From the NCBI GenBank assembly GCA_044070495.1, contig JBIPSI010000022.1, positions 22,949 through 86,948 on the forward strand: DNA of 64,000 nucleotides, given 5' to 3'. This DNA comes from Spirulina sp. GTDB lineage: Bacteria; Cyanobacteriota; Cyanobacteriia; Phormidesmidales; Phormidesmidaceae. Under the pieces are notes generated by a model. The model ran no database searches and had not been told where the DNA came from. It saw nothing but the letters and a program-made list of their open reading frames with translations. A program made the translations under genes and the position numbers. Numbering within the stretch: position 1 is the first letter of the stretch; each line of letters opens with the position of its first letter. Shown one piece after another: positions 18,261-27,708 of the stretch.

Positions 18261-19679
18261 ATGCGAGAGCTGGATAACGCCTACCGAATTCTAGAGCTAG
18301 AGCCTGGTGCCTCTTTAGAGGACATCAACCAGGCTTATAAGGATTTGGTGTTCGTTTGGCATCCCGACCGCATCCCCCAAGAGAACGAGCGCCTGTACCA
18401 AAAGGCCCAGGACAAAATTAAGGCCCTCAACCATGCGCGGGATGTGCTGCGTTCCCACAACCGCAATGGTCGCAACGGCAGCGCCAGTGCCACCACCAAC
18501 CGCTACGGCACCACCAGTCGCTATCAGTCTTCCTCCTCCAGCTACTACTCCGCCTCCCAGTCCTCTGGCGAGGGCAGCGACCGCCGCTACTACGGCAACA
18601 ACTATCGCCCCCCCTACGGCTACGGCAGTAACTATCGGCGGCCCTACGAACCTAGCTCGGCTCAGGGCAGTGGCAACTCCAGTAGCTCCAGCAACCCTAG
18701 TAATTCTGGCACTGGCAGCGCGGGTCAATCGGCCAATTCCACCTACCAGAGTCGCTACTATCGCTATCAGCAGAACACCTACGGCCAGCCGCCCTACGGC
18801 CCAGGCACCGCCGCCAGCAACGGTCAGGGCACAGCGGCCAATGGTGGGGCTAAGTCCGATTCAGGCCAATCCTCGGCCAACGGGACTTCAGCCCACGGAA
18901 CTTCAGCTAAGGGCACCTCAGCCAACGGAAGCTCAGCCAACGGAAGCTCGGCTAACGGAAGCTCGGCTAACGGAACGTCTAGCCAAAACGCTGGCCCAAC
19001 GGGATCATCCCAAGCCTCTAGCTCCTACCAAACCTATCGCCAACGGCGCGATGCCGCAGCGGGGGTAGGCCGTTCCCAGACCAGTGGACAGAGTGGATCC
19101 GCCGCATCGGGCCAAGCCACCAGCGGTTCCGAGGATTCCAATCAGAGTGCGGGTCGCCAGAGTAGCTACGGCTTTAACCACCATGGCACTGGCCCGACTG
19201 GCCCCAAGGTGACCCCTAACACCGCCCCACCCCGCCCATCGGTCGATCCGGGCTACAACACCTACAACGCCCACACCCGCAATTCCGCCAGCAGCGCCCA
19301 CCGAGACCGCCAGCGCCCAGACCTCAGCGGCAAAGATCTGCGGGGGGCCAACCTGCGCGAGAAGGACTTTGCCAATCGCAACCTCAGTGGGGCCGACCTC
19401 AGTGGAGCCGACCTCAGCGACGCTTTTTTGCACAAGGTCAACCTCAACCGGGCCAACCTCAGCAAAGCCAGACTGTTTCGGGCCAACCTGCTCCAGGCCG
19501 ACCTCAGCCACGCCAACCTACGCGAAGCCGACCTGATTGGGGCCGACTTTAGCGGCGCGGATTTGAGTGGGGCCGACCTCAGTGGGGCCAAGGTGGCCGT
19601 AGGCGGGCGCACCATGGTCAAGCTGACGGGCACCATTCTCACCGGGGCCATCATGCCCGATGGCTCCATCCACGATTGA
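18261..19679 (+). CDS. DnaJ-domain / pentapeptide-repeat protein with low-complexity linker
   Basis: N-terminal J domain (WHPD), S/G/N/Y/Q-rich linker, C-terminal A(D/N)LxG repeats. Confidence 0.9.
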   Translation: MRELDNAYRILELEPGASLEDINQAYKDLVFVWHPDRIPQENERLYQKAQDKIKALNHARDVLRSHNRNGRNGSASATTNRYGTTSRYQSSSSSYYSASQSSGEGSDRRYYGNNYRPPYGYGSNYRRPYEPSSAQGSGNSSSSSNPSNSGTGSAGQSANSTYQSRYYRYQQNTYGQPPYGPGTAASNGQGTAANGGAKSDSGQSSANGTSAHGTSAKGTSANGSSANGSSANGSSANGTSSQNAGPTGSSQASSSYQTYRQRRDAAAGVGRSQTSGQSGSAASGQATSGSEDSNQSAGRQSSYGFNHHGTGPTGPKVTPNTAPPRPSVDPGYNTYNAHTRNSASSAHRDRQRPDLSGKDLRGANLREKDFANRNLSGADLSGADLSDAFLHKVNLNRANLSKARLFRANLLQADLSHANLREADLIGADFSGADLSGADLSGAKVAVGGRTMVKLTGTILTGAIMPDGSIHD

Positions 19680-19730
19680 TCCCAAATCCCCAATCCCAAT
19701 CCACTCATATCAAGGCTAGGGGCCATTTAT

Positions 19731-19986
19731 CAGCAATTCTCAGTATGACTAGGCTAGTGAATAAAATACCGCTCAGGCTGAGCCTGTATAAGAGGGCGTT
19801 TGAAAAGGGTTGCTTCAGGTGCGGTTGGTCACTAGATCGGTGCAAATCTACGGGATTTTTGACGACTGAGGCTGACCTCATCGGTATAACTTGGGACATG
19901 CTTCAGCTTTTCAAACGTCCTCTAAGCCTTGTCACTCTTCGACAGGCTCAGGGCCAATGGCCAATTTACCAAAATGAGAATGGCTG
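19731..19986. mobile_element. MITE with CAG ends and 9-bp target duplication (IS4-like)
   Basis: TIR CAGCAATTCTCA / TGAGAATGGCTG. Direct repeat GCCATTTAT at 19722-30 and 19987-95. Confidence 0.8.
19792..19922. mobile_element. MITE with GAG ends and TAA duplication (IS5/IS1031-like), nested in the previous element
   Basis: TIR GAGGGCGTTTGAAAAG / CTTTTCAAACGTCCTC (15/16). TAA at 19789-91 and 19923-25. Confidence 0.85.
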
Positions 19987-20157
19987 GCCATTTATGGCTG
20001 CGATTTTATTTAGCCTGAGTGCAGAATAAGCCAAGGACTGCAATCTTCTAGGAACCTGCCTCCGACTGGCGCTTTGGGTTCACGGTGGAGGGCAGAGCCG
20101 GAAATCTAGGCGACCCGCTTACTATGGTTAAAGATAGCGTTACCTTTTACCGACCCC

Positions 20158-21789
20158 GTGGCTGACTCCCCCTTCCTAGACGAAACCCTGCTGTTCGAGC
20201 CTACTTCTGCCACGGAGGATGCCCTAGCCGTCATTTTCGCGTTTCCAAATACCTACAGCGTCGGCATCACCAGCCTGGGCTATCAGGTGGTGTGGGCCAC
20301 CCTAGCCCGTCGCGCCGATGTGGCGGTGAGCCGTTTGTTTACCGATCACCAGGAACCGCTACCCGCTCGGCCTGATGTGGTGGGGTTTTCCCTGTCCTGG
20401 GAGTTGGACTATGGCAATGTGCTGACTCATTTGGAGAACCTGCATGTGCCCATCCATGCTGAAGACCGGGGTGACGAGCATCCCCTGGTGTTTGGCGGTG
20501 GCCCGGTGCTGACGGCTAACCCAGAACCCTTTGCCGCCTTTTTTGATGTGATTTTGCTGGGGGATGGCGAAACCCTTCTAGATGATTTTTTTGATCAGCT
20601 CAACGCCCTAAAAGCCGCTTCTCGTCAGGAAAAGTTGCGCCACCTGGCCCAAATGCCGGGGGTCTATGTGCCTGCCCTGTATCGCCCGGTTTTCGATGAC
20701 CCCACGGGGCCGATGGTGGCCATTGAACCCATCGACGACGGCATCCCCGCCCAGGTGCAGAAGCAAACCTATCGCGGCAATGTGCTGTCTACCTCCACCG
20801 TGGTGACGCCCCTGGCCGCCTGGGAGAATATCTTTATGGTGGAAGTGGTGCGAAGCTGCCCGGAAATGTGCCGCTTTTGTCTCGCCAGCTACCTCACCCT
20901 GCCCTTTCGCACCGCCAGTTTAGAAGGATCGCTGATGCCCGCCATCGAGCGCGGCCTAGCGGTGACGGATCGCCTGGGTTTGCTCGGCGCTTCCGTCACC
21001 CAGCACCCCGAATTTGACACCCTGCTGGACTACCTCAACCAGCCCCAGTTCGACCAGGTGCGGCTCAGCATTGCCTCGGTGCGTACCAACACCGTCAACC
21101 CCAAACTGGCGGAAACCCTGACCCGCCACGGCACCCGATCCATCACCATTGCGGTGGAAAGCGGATCGGAACGGGTGCGCCACATCGTCAACAAAAAGCT
21201 GGACACCGAAGACATCGAAGCCGCCGCCGTCAACGCCAAAGCCGGAGGGCTGAGTGCCCTCAAGCTCTACGGCATGGCAGGCATTCCCGGCGAAGCGATG
21301 GAGGATTTGGAGCAAACCGCCACCATGATGCAGCGCCTCAAAAAAGCCGCCCCCGGTCTGCGCCTCACCCTCGGATGCAGCACCTTTGTCCCCAAGGCCC
21401 ACACGCCGTTTCAGTGGTACGGCATCAACCGCGAGGCGGAAAAACGGCTGAAATTTCTGCAAAAACAGCTCGGCAAAATCGGCGCAGACTTTCGGCCCGA
21501 AAGCTACAACTGGTCAGTCATCCAGGCCCTCATTTCCAGAGGGGATCGCCGCCTGACTCCGCTTTTGGAACAGGTGCGTCACTATGGCGACTCCCTCGGC
21601 AGCTACAAACGGGCGTTCAAAGACATGAAGGGCCAGCTTCCAACCTTGGATTTCTACGTCCACGACACCTGGCCCACCGACCAACCCCTACCCTGGGATC
21701 ACCTGCAAGGCCCTCTGCCCAAGGCCACCCTGGCCAAACACCTGGCCGAGGCCCAATCCCTGATGGCGATTCCCCAGCCCGTTGCCTAG
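20158..21789 (+). CDS. B12-binding-like radical SAM protein
   Basis: CPEMCRFC (CxxxCxxC), FPNTYSVGITSLG, GGPVLTANPEP. Confidence 0.88.
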   Translation: MADSPFLDETLLFEPTSATEDALAVIFAFPNTYSVGITSLGYQVVWATLARRADVAVSRLFTDHQEPLPARPDVVGFSLSWELDYGNVLTHLENLHVPIHAEDRGDEHPLVFGGGPVLTANPEPFAAFFDVILLGDGETLLDDFFDQLNALKAASRQEKLRHLAQMPGVYVPALYRPVFDDPTGPMVAIEPIDDGIPAQVQKQTYRGNVLSTSTVVTPLAAWENIFMVEVVRSCPEMCRFCLASYLTLPFRTASLEGSLMPAIERGLAVTDRLGLLGASVTQHPEFDTLLDYLNQPQFDQVRLSIASVRTNTVNPKLAETLTRHGTRSITIAVESGSERVRHIVNKKLDTEDIEAAAVNAKAGGLSALKLYGMAGIPGEAMEDLEQTATMMQRLKKAAPGLRLTLGCSTFVPKAHTPFQWYGINREAEKRLKFLQKQLGKIGADFRPESYNWSVIQALISRGDRRLTPLLEQVRHYGDSLGSYKRAFKDMKGQLPTLDFYVHDTWPTDQPLPWDHLQGPLPKATLAKHLAEAQSLMAIPQPVA

Positions 21790-21931
21790 CCTTCGGGGTG
21801 GCCTACGGTGATTTCTCTGCTACGGCCTAGGCTTAGATCATTGGTCAGACTATACCTAAGCGACGAAGACAGTCTGATACCAAGGCAATGTGCTAATGTC
21901 CTGAGTGTTTGACCCATGTTCTCGCTACCCC

Positions 21932-22750
21932 ATGCAACAATTTAGTCTTTCCCCCTCTGCCCTGGTATCTAGCCTCTGGCAACACCGAGACCTTGTGAAG
22001 GTACTCACCCAGCGGGACGTGGTCGGGCGGTATAAGGGATCGAGCCTGGGGTTACTGTGGTCGTTTTTCAACCCGCTGTTTATGCTGGCGGTTTATACCT
22101 TTGTCTTCAGCGTGGTGTTTCAGGCCAAATGGGGCCAGGGCAACGATTCTCAGGGCGAGTTTGCCCTGCTGCTATTTGCCGGGTTGATTGTATTCAACTT
22201 TTTTTCGGAATGTGTGAACCGGGCTCCGACCCTGATTTTAAATAACGTCAGCTATGTCAAAAAAGTGGTCTTCCCCCTGGAAATTCTGCCCTGGGTGTCC
22301 ATCGGTTCGGCCCTGTTTCATACCTTAGTCAGCCTAGGGGTATGGCTGCTGTTTTATATGCTGTTGTTTGGGGTTCCCCAGCCCACGGTTTTACTGTTCC
22401 CCTTGGTGTTTATTCCGGTTATTTTGCTCACCGCTGGCCTCAGTTGGTTCCTAACCGCCCTGGGCGTCTACGTGCGCGACATTGCCCAGGTGGTGTCCCT
22501 GTTAACCACCATGATGATGTTTCTCTCGCCCATTTTCTATCCCATTGAAGCCCTGCCGGAGGAGTTTCAACCGCTGCTGCTGCTCAATCCCCTTACCCCC
22601 TCTTTGGGTGATGTGCGCGGTGTGCTGATGTGGGGACAAGTCCCTAATTGGCAGGCTTGGTTCAGCTATTTAGTGGGCTGTGGCCTAGTAGCCTGGGTCG
22701 GATTTGCCTGGTTTCAAAAGACTCGCAAAGGCTTTGCCGACGTCCTCTAA
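21932..22750 (+). CDS. ABC-2 polysaccharide export permease (Wzm-type)
   Basis: RYKGSSLGLLWSFFNP, YVKKVVFPLE, FLSPIFYP, FQKTRKGFADVL. Confidence 0.88.
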   Translation: MQQFSLSPSALVSSLWQHRDLVKVLTQRDVVGRYKGSSLGLLWSFFNPLFMLAVYTFVFSVVFQAKWGQGNDSQGEFALLLFAGLIVFNFFSECVNRAPTLILNNVSYVKKVVFPLEILPWVSIGSALFHTLVSLGVWLLFYMLLFGVPQPTVLLFPLVFIPVILLTAGLSWFLTALGVYVRDIAQVVSLLTTMMMFLSPIFYPIEALPEEFQPLLLLNPLTPSLGDVRGVLMWGQVPNWQAWFSYLVGCGLVAWVGFAWFQKTRKGFADVL

Positions 22751-23538
22751 TGACGGCGTCCCCCCCCAACCGTTGGGCGCTGGCTTACCTCAGCTAACCG
22801 CTGCCATTCCTGCTGAAGGGACTGCTGTAGAGAACGGTTTAGAGGATCCAATCGAGCCGCTTTTTTCAGACAGGCCGAGGCCTTAGTAAGGTTGTCGTCA
22901 CTAATGGCCGCCTGCCCCCAGCGGTAGTAGGTGATGGCGTGCCACTGGCGAATTTCAGGATCGTTGGGGAAGCGATGGGCCAAGCCCTCCACCAAGGCCA
23001 CCGCCCTGGGGTAGCGCTGGTTTTGTAGGAACGATTGAAGTTGGACAAAGCTACTCTGCTTCAGGTCTTGGTCGGCCTCAGACCCCCCAGGGGGCTGCTG
23101 AATGGGGGGCTGTGATGGGGCCGGAGATTCACCGTTCTGCGGGGCCGAGTTCGTTGTCGCTGACTGAGTTGTCGCTGACTGAGTTGTCGCTGAGCGGGTA
23201 GACGCCCCACGACTTCGACTTGATGCCCCACGACTTGATACCGAGGGCGGTGGCGTTGATGGGACGGACTTGGCAGCAGATGGGGGAGCAGGCCTTGATG
23301 CTGTAGAGTCTGCTGTGGTCGTAGTTCGAGGGCTAACCTTGGACACGCCAGCGGGCAGCGCATCGGCAATGGCCTGGTACGCCTGGGTAATTTGGACAAA
23401 TTTCTCCTTGGCCAGGTGATCCCCCGGATTCACATCGGGGTGATACAGCCGCGCCAAATTGCGATAGGCCAGCTTCACAGCCTCAAAATCGGCCCCGGTG
23501 CGCAGGCCCAAAATTCGATAGTAGTGTGCCGCCGCCAT
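22747..23538 (-). CDS. DnaJ domain + TPR protein
   Basis: YYRILGL..AYRNLARLYHPD. C-terminal TPR-like helices. SATTQ repeats in the linker. Confidence 0.88.
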   Translation of the reverse strand: MAAAHYYRILGLRTGADFEAVKLAYRNLARLYHPDVNPGDHLAKEKFVQITQAYQAIADALPAGVSKVSPRTTTTADSTASRPAPPSAAKSVPSTPPPSVSSRGASSRSRGASTRSATTQSATTQSATTNSAPQNGESPAPSQPPIQQPPGGSEADQDLKQSSFVQLQSFLQNQRYPRAVALVEGLAHRFPNDPEIRQWHAITYYRWGQAAISDDNLTKASACLKKAARLDPLNRSLQQSLQQEWQRLAEVSQRPTVGGGRRH

Positions 23539-23810
23539 GGAATCCTACCTTTGGTAATCGCCCCGATGACTGGATGCTAGCCTAGGGAGCGCAGAGTCGT
23601 TAAAGTCGCCCCTATTCTGCCAACTTTCGAGAAAAATGGCGCACTCTTTTATACCAAGACAGCCTAGAAAATCGGTGTAAAAAAGGTGCGCCCCTGAAAA
23701 AACTGCTAGGACAGCAGATCTTTTAAGGAGGAGCGCACCCCATCAAGGACTGCGATAGGTTTGATGATGCAAACGCAAACCCAATACAAGTAACGATGAG
23801 CCTGGTTAGG

Positions 23811-24446
23811 CTAGATCGTCGAGGCCGCAGTGGTCGCGAGTTCTTGGCTGCGATCTTCAATCACCTTGTCGATCAGGCCATAGGTGGCGGCTTCTTCGGC
23901 AGACATGAAGTAGTCGCGGTCGGTGTCTTTTTCGATTTGTTCGATGGGTTTGCCGGTGTGGCGGGCCATCATTTCGTTGAGTTCCTGGCGCACCCGCAGG
24001 ATTTCCTTGGCCTCAATGGCGATGTCGCTGGCCTGGAGGCGTTGCCGTCCGGTGCCGCCCATGGGTTGGTGGATCATAATCCGCGAGTGGGGCAGAGCCA
24101 ACCGCTTGCCGGGGCTACCCGCCGCCAGCAGAAACGCGCCCATGGAAGCCGCCAGACCCAGGCAGATCGTTACCACATCAGACTTGATGTACTGCATGGT
24201 GTCGTAGATGGCCATCCCCGCCGTGACCGAACCACCGGGGGAGTTGATATAGAGGTAAATGGGCTTGCTGTTGTCGTCGGAATCGAGGTACAGCATGGCC
24301 GCCACAATGGAGTTGGCCAGGGTATCGGTGACTTCTTGCCCTAGAAAAATGATGCGCTCTTGGTTGAGGCGGGTGTAGATGTCAACCCACTGGCTGTATT
24401 GGCTACCGGGAAGACGATAGGGAACCTTGGGAGTACCGATGGGCAT
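23811..24446 (-). CDS. clpP: ATP-dependent Clp protease proteolytic subunit (ClpP3 type)
   Basis: [16 protein letters not shown] (catalytic Ser), HQP. Downstream of clpR. Confidence 0.95.
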   Translation of the reverse strand: MPIGTPKVPYRLPGSQYSQWVDIYTRLNQERIIFLGQEVTDTLANSIVAAMLYLDSDDNSKPIYLYINSPGGSVTAGMAIYDTMQYIKSDVVTICLGLAASMGAFLLAAGSPGKRLALPHSRIMIHQPMGGTGRQRLQASDIAIEAKEILRVRQELNEMMARHTGKPIEQIEKDTDRDYFMSAEEAATYGLIDKVIEDRSQELATTAASTI

Positions 24447-24517
24447 AGCGTTTTTGCAACCTTAAAAATGAGAAACAACGTAGGTTTGAAAAAATTCTGC
24501 GACCAAATCTGAATAAC

Positions 24518-24538
24518 GTAGGGTGGGCACTGCCCACC
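24518..24538 (+). repeat. Canonical GTAG REP palindrome
   Basis: GTAG-GGTGGGCA-C-TGCCCACC in the clpR-clpP spacer. Confidence 0.8.
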
Positions 24539-24657
24539 AGATGGGAGCCTTCCGTAGGACGGGTTAGCTTGGCAGAATCCATGTCGAATCATCCCAGACT
24601 GAATCACCCCTTTGATGTGCTACGGCATGGCCTAACGCATCCGACAAAAGCCACGAT

Positions 24658-25344
24658 CTAGGCGACTCCAGCCGCCATTTTGGGCAGCTCTTTCCGGCTT
24701 TCTAAAACACGGTCAATAATGCCGTACTCCTTGGCCTCTTGGGGGTTCATGTAGAACATGCGGTCAGAGTCGTGCATCACTTGGTCGAGGGTTTTGCCCG
24801 TACTCTTGGCCAAAATCCCCATCATGGATCGCTTGTTGTCGATCACTTCCTTGGCGCGAATTTCGATGTCGGTGGCTTGACCTTGGGCACCGCTGCGGGG
24901 TTGGTTGAGCACAATGCGGGCGTGGGGCAGGCTGGCCCGATAGCCCTTGGTGCCCGCCGCCAAAATCACCGCCGCCGACCCCATGGCCTGACCAATGCAG
25001 ATGGTGTGGACGGGGGGCTTGATGTAGTTCATGGTGTCGCAGATGGCAAAGGCTTCGGTGTCGTAGCCGATCATATTGCCGTCGTACCAGGAGGTGCCCG
25101 TGGAATTGATGTAGAAAAAGATGGGTTTGTCGGGGTCGTCAAACTGAAGGTAGAGCAACTGGGCGATGATCAGTTCGGTCACATCAATGCCCACCTGTTG
25201 CTTGATGTCGTCGCCCGAAAACAGGGGCAGACCCAGGTACACAATCCGCTCCTTCAGCAGCAGAGAGGGCAAATCTGGGGGCGGCGTGCGATACATAGCA
25301 TCGCCATAGTAGGGGGCTTGCACAGCTTTAATTTCCATACTCAT
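24658..25344 (-). CDS. clpR: Non-catalytic Clp protease subunit ClpR
   Basis: RTPPPDLPSLLLKERIVYLG, YINSTG. Catalytic Ser/His replaced (GQAMG, NQP). Confidence 0.93.
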   Translation of the reverse strand: MSMEIKAVQAPYYGDAMYRTPPPDLPSLLLKERIVYLGLPLFSGDDIKQQVGIDVTELIIAQLLYLQFDDPDKPIFFYINSTGTSWYDGNMIGYDTEAFAICDTMNYIKPPVHTICIGQAMGSAAVILAAGTKGYRASLPHARIVLNQPRSGAQGQATDIEIRAKEVIDNKRSMMGILAKSTGKTLDQVMHDSDRMFYMNPQEAKEYGIIDRVLESRKELPKMAAGVA

Positions 25345-25469
25345 AGACCAAACCTGCCCAAATACGGGTTTTTAACAGTGTAACGCGCTGGCGAACTGGG
25401 TTCTACCTAGGGTGTGGCGGATATCCCCACCCGCTGATGCCCATGGTGGCGAAACGTATTTCATCGGTA

Positions 25470-25534
25470 CAGAAACCCGGTTTCTCGGCTGAGCAGCCTA
25501 TGCCTTCCGGCGACGACACAGAAACCGGGTTTTT
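25470..25534. repeat. AGAAACCCGGTTTCT palindrome doublet
   Basis: Two palindromic units ~33 nt apart. Similar doublet at 55933-55998. Confidence 0.7.
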
Positions 25535-25594
25535 AGCCCTATTGCACCAATACTCTAGGCTAAACTGAGAGAAATATTAAGAAGTGTAACGACT

Positions 25595-27121
25595 ATGGCA
25601 AGCCCCATGGTGGCAGGTGGCAGTCAAATGGCAAACGGCAAAGGTGTGGTGGTGATTGGGGCGGGGATTGGCGGCCTTACAGCAGCGGCCCTGCTGGCCA
25701 AACGGGGCTATGCCGTGCGCGTGTTTGATCAAGCTCTGGTGGCGGGGGGCTGTGCCTCTACCTTTCGGCGGCGGGGCTTCACCTTCGATGTGGGGGCGAC
25801 CCAAGTGGCGGGATTGGAACCGGGGGGCATCCACCACCAGATTTTTACCGAACTGGATATTCCCCTGCCGGAGGCCACCTTCTGCGATCCGGCCTGTGCG
25901 GTCTTTTTACCGGGAGAAACCGAGCCGATTCAGGTGTGGCGAGATCCCGACGCATGGCAGGCGGAACGGCAGCGGCAATTTCCCGGCAGTGAACCCCTGT
26001 GGCAGTTGTTGCGGAATTTGTTTGTGCCAAGCTGGCGGTTCCAGGGGCGAGATCCGGTGCTGCCCCCCCGCAACCTGTGGGATCTGGGTCGATTAGTGCA
26101 AGCCCTGCGACCCGACACCCTGCGCACCGTGCCCTACACCTTCGCCACCGTGGGGCAAGTGCTTCAGTCCTTAGGGTTGGCCGAAGATCGCCGCCTGAAG
26201 ACCTTTTTAGATTTGCAACTCAAGCTCTATTCCCAGGTCAACGCCGACGAAACCGCCCTGCTCTACGCCGCCACCGCCCTTAGTGTCTCCCAAGCGCCCC
26301 AGGGGTTGTTTCACCTCAAGGGCAGTATGCAGGTGTTGAGTGATTTGCTGGAAAAATCCCTAGCGCGAGATGGCGGCCTGCTGCAACTACGCCACACCGT
26401 CCAGCAGGTTCACACCCAAAACGGACGAGTCACAGGGGTGACGGTGCAGGAGCAAAAATCCGGCAAAACCTGGGTGGAACCCGCCGATCACGTCGTCGCC
26501 AATGTCACCGTACAAAACTTGGTGGACTTGCTGGGCGATCAGGCTCCCCAGGGCTACCGTCGCCGCGTGAAAAACCTGCCCCCCAGCAGCGGAGCCTTTG
26601 TGATTTACCTAGGCGTTGATGCGGAAGCTATCCCCCCCAACTGTCCGCCCCACCTGCAATTTCTCTATAACTACGATGGCCCCATCGGCGAAAACAATTC
26701 TCTGTTCGTCTCCGTCAGTCGTCCTGGGGATGGTCGCGCTCCGGCGGGGCAGGCCACGATTATTGCCTCTACCTTCACCGACGTAGGCCCCTGGTGGCAA
26801 ACCCAGGACTACGCTGCCCTCAAGCAAGCCTATACCGATGGCGCGATTCGCCGCCTCTCCAGCTATTTTGACCTGGATGCCAAACACCTCCTCCATGTCG
26901 AAGCCGCCACCCCTCGCACCTTCGCCCACTTCACCGCCCGTCAGCAGGGCATCGTCGGCGGGTTGGGAATGCGGGTCAGCAGCTACGGCCCCTTTGGCTT
27001 TGCCAACCGCACCCCCATCAACGGCCTCTGGCTGGTGGGCGATTCCACCCATCCCGGCGAGGGCACCGCTGGGGTGAGCTACTCGGCCCGCACGGTAGTC
27101 CAGCAAATTGAGGCGGGTTAA
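25595..27121 (+). CDS. crtD: Carotenoid C-3',4' desaturase
   Basis: GAGIGGL FAD motif, FTFDVGATQVAGLEPGGIH, GDSTHPGEGTAGVSYS. Confidence 0.88.
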   Translation: MASPMVAGGSQMANGKGVVVIGAGIGGLTAAALLAKRGYAVRVFDQALVAGGCASTFRRRGFTFDVGATQVAGLEPGGIHHQIFTELDIPLPEATFCDPACAVFLPGETEPIQVWRDPDAWQAERQRQFPGSEPLWQLLRNLFVPSWRFQGRDPVLPPRNLWDLGRLVQALRPDTLRTVPYTFATVGQVLQSLGLAEDRRLKTFLDLQLKLYSQVNADETALLYAATALSVSQAPQGLFHLKGSMQVLSDLLEKSLARDGGLLQLRHTVQQVHTQNGRVTGVTVQEQKSGKTWVEPADHVVANVTVQNLVDLLGDQAPQGYRRRVKNLPPSSGAFVIYLGVDAEAIPPNCPPHLQFLYNYDGPIGENNSLFVSVSRPGDGRAPAGQATIIASTFTDVGPWWQTQDYAALKQAYTDGAIRRLSSYFDLDAKHLLHVEAATPRTFAHFTARQQGIVGGLGMRVSSYGPFGFANRTPINGLWLVGDSTHPGEGTAGVSYSARTVVQQIEAG

Positions 27122-27492
27122 GATAGTTCGTCTTCCTGGGGGTGAAGGTTCTGTAGACGTTTCTGGCCTGCCACCGATTTGAGACAAGCCTTACAGGTAA
27201 CGTCTTGAATATCTAGAGTGTGGGTGCCATCAAGCACAAGTTTTCCGCAGGCCATCCACGGGAGATCGGCTGAAGTTTGGGCCAAGTCGTGGGTGAGGTG
27301 AATGGTGACGGGTTTGAGCGGTTCACCAAGAAGTTTCTTCCCCGCTACCGAGTTCAAGCAGGCTTTGCAGGTGACCCTTTGGATGTCTGAGGTATGGGCT
27401 ACTGCATCGAGCGCAACTTTGCCGCAGGCTGACCAGTGATCAACTAAATTTTGGGCTAAATCGTGGGTTAGGTGGACGGTGGCTGGCTTCAT
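27118..27492 (-). CDS. Hypothetical protein of two tandem His/Cys (zinc-finger-like) repeats
   Basis: Two ~58-aa repeats with H..ACGK..VTCKAC. GGAG-like RBS upstream. Confidence 0.7.
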   Translation of the reverse strand: MKPATVHLTHDLAQNLVDHWSACGKVALDAVAHTSDIQRVTCKACLNSVAGKKLLGEPLKPVTIHLTHDLAQTSADLPWMACGKLVLDGTHTLDIQDVTCKACLKSVAGQKRLQNLHPQEDELS

Positions 27493-27572
27493 GATTCACC
27501 ACTGGAGGAGCGGTTTCGCTGGGAGTCCTCTGGCTAGCTGACGGACACAACGCCGAAAAGCATTGATCTTTC

Positions 27573-27657
27573 CTAGGTTGGGTGGCGCGATAGCAGAACC
27601 CAACAAGCCCGAGATCCTCGACGAGTGTTGGGTTCCGCTTCACTGCACCCAACCTAC
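27573..27657. repeat. REPIN-like inverted doublet (GTAGGTTGGGT...ACCCAACCTAC)
   Basis: Near-identical to 33626-33710 in the opposite orientation. Confidence 0.85.
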
Positions 27658-27708
27658 TGGTGCTTGATTAAGCGAGTCACATCTCGGCTGCTGACCCCAT
27701 TCAGGGCG

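Noticed and set aside
19678..19702. CCCAAAT/CCCCAAT heptamer run as an STRR array
   Set aside because: Only about three degenerate units, too short to call.
19676..20029. 117-aa ORF
   Set aside because: Runs through nested MITEs and has no protein-like motifs.
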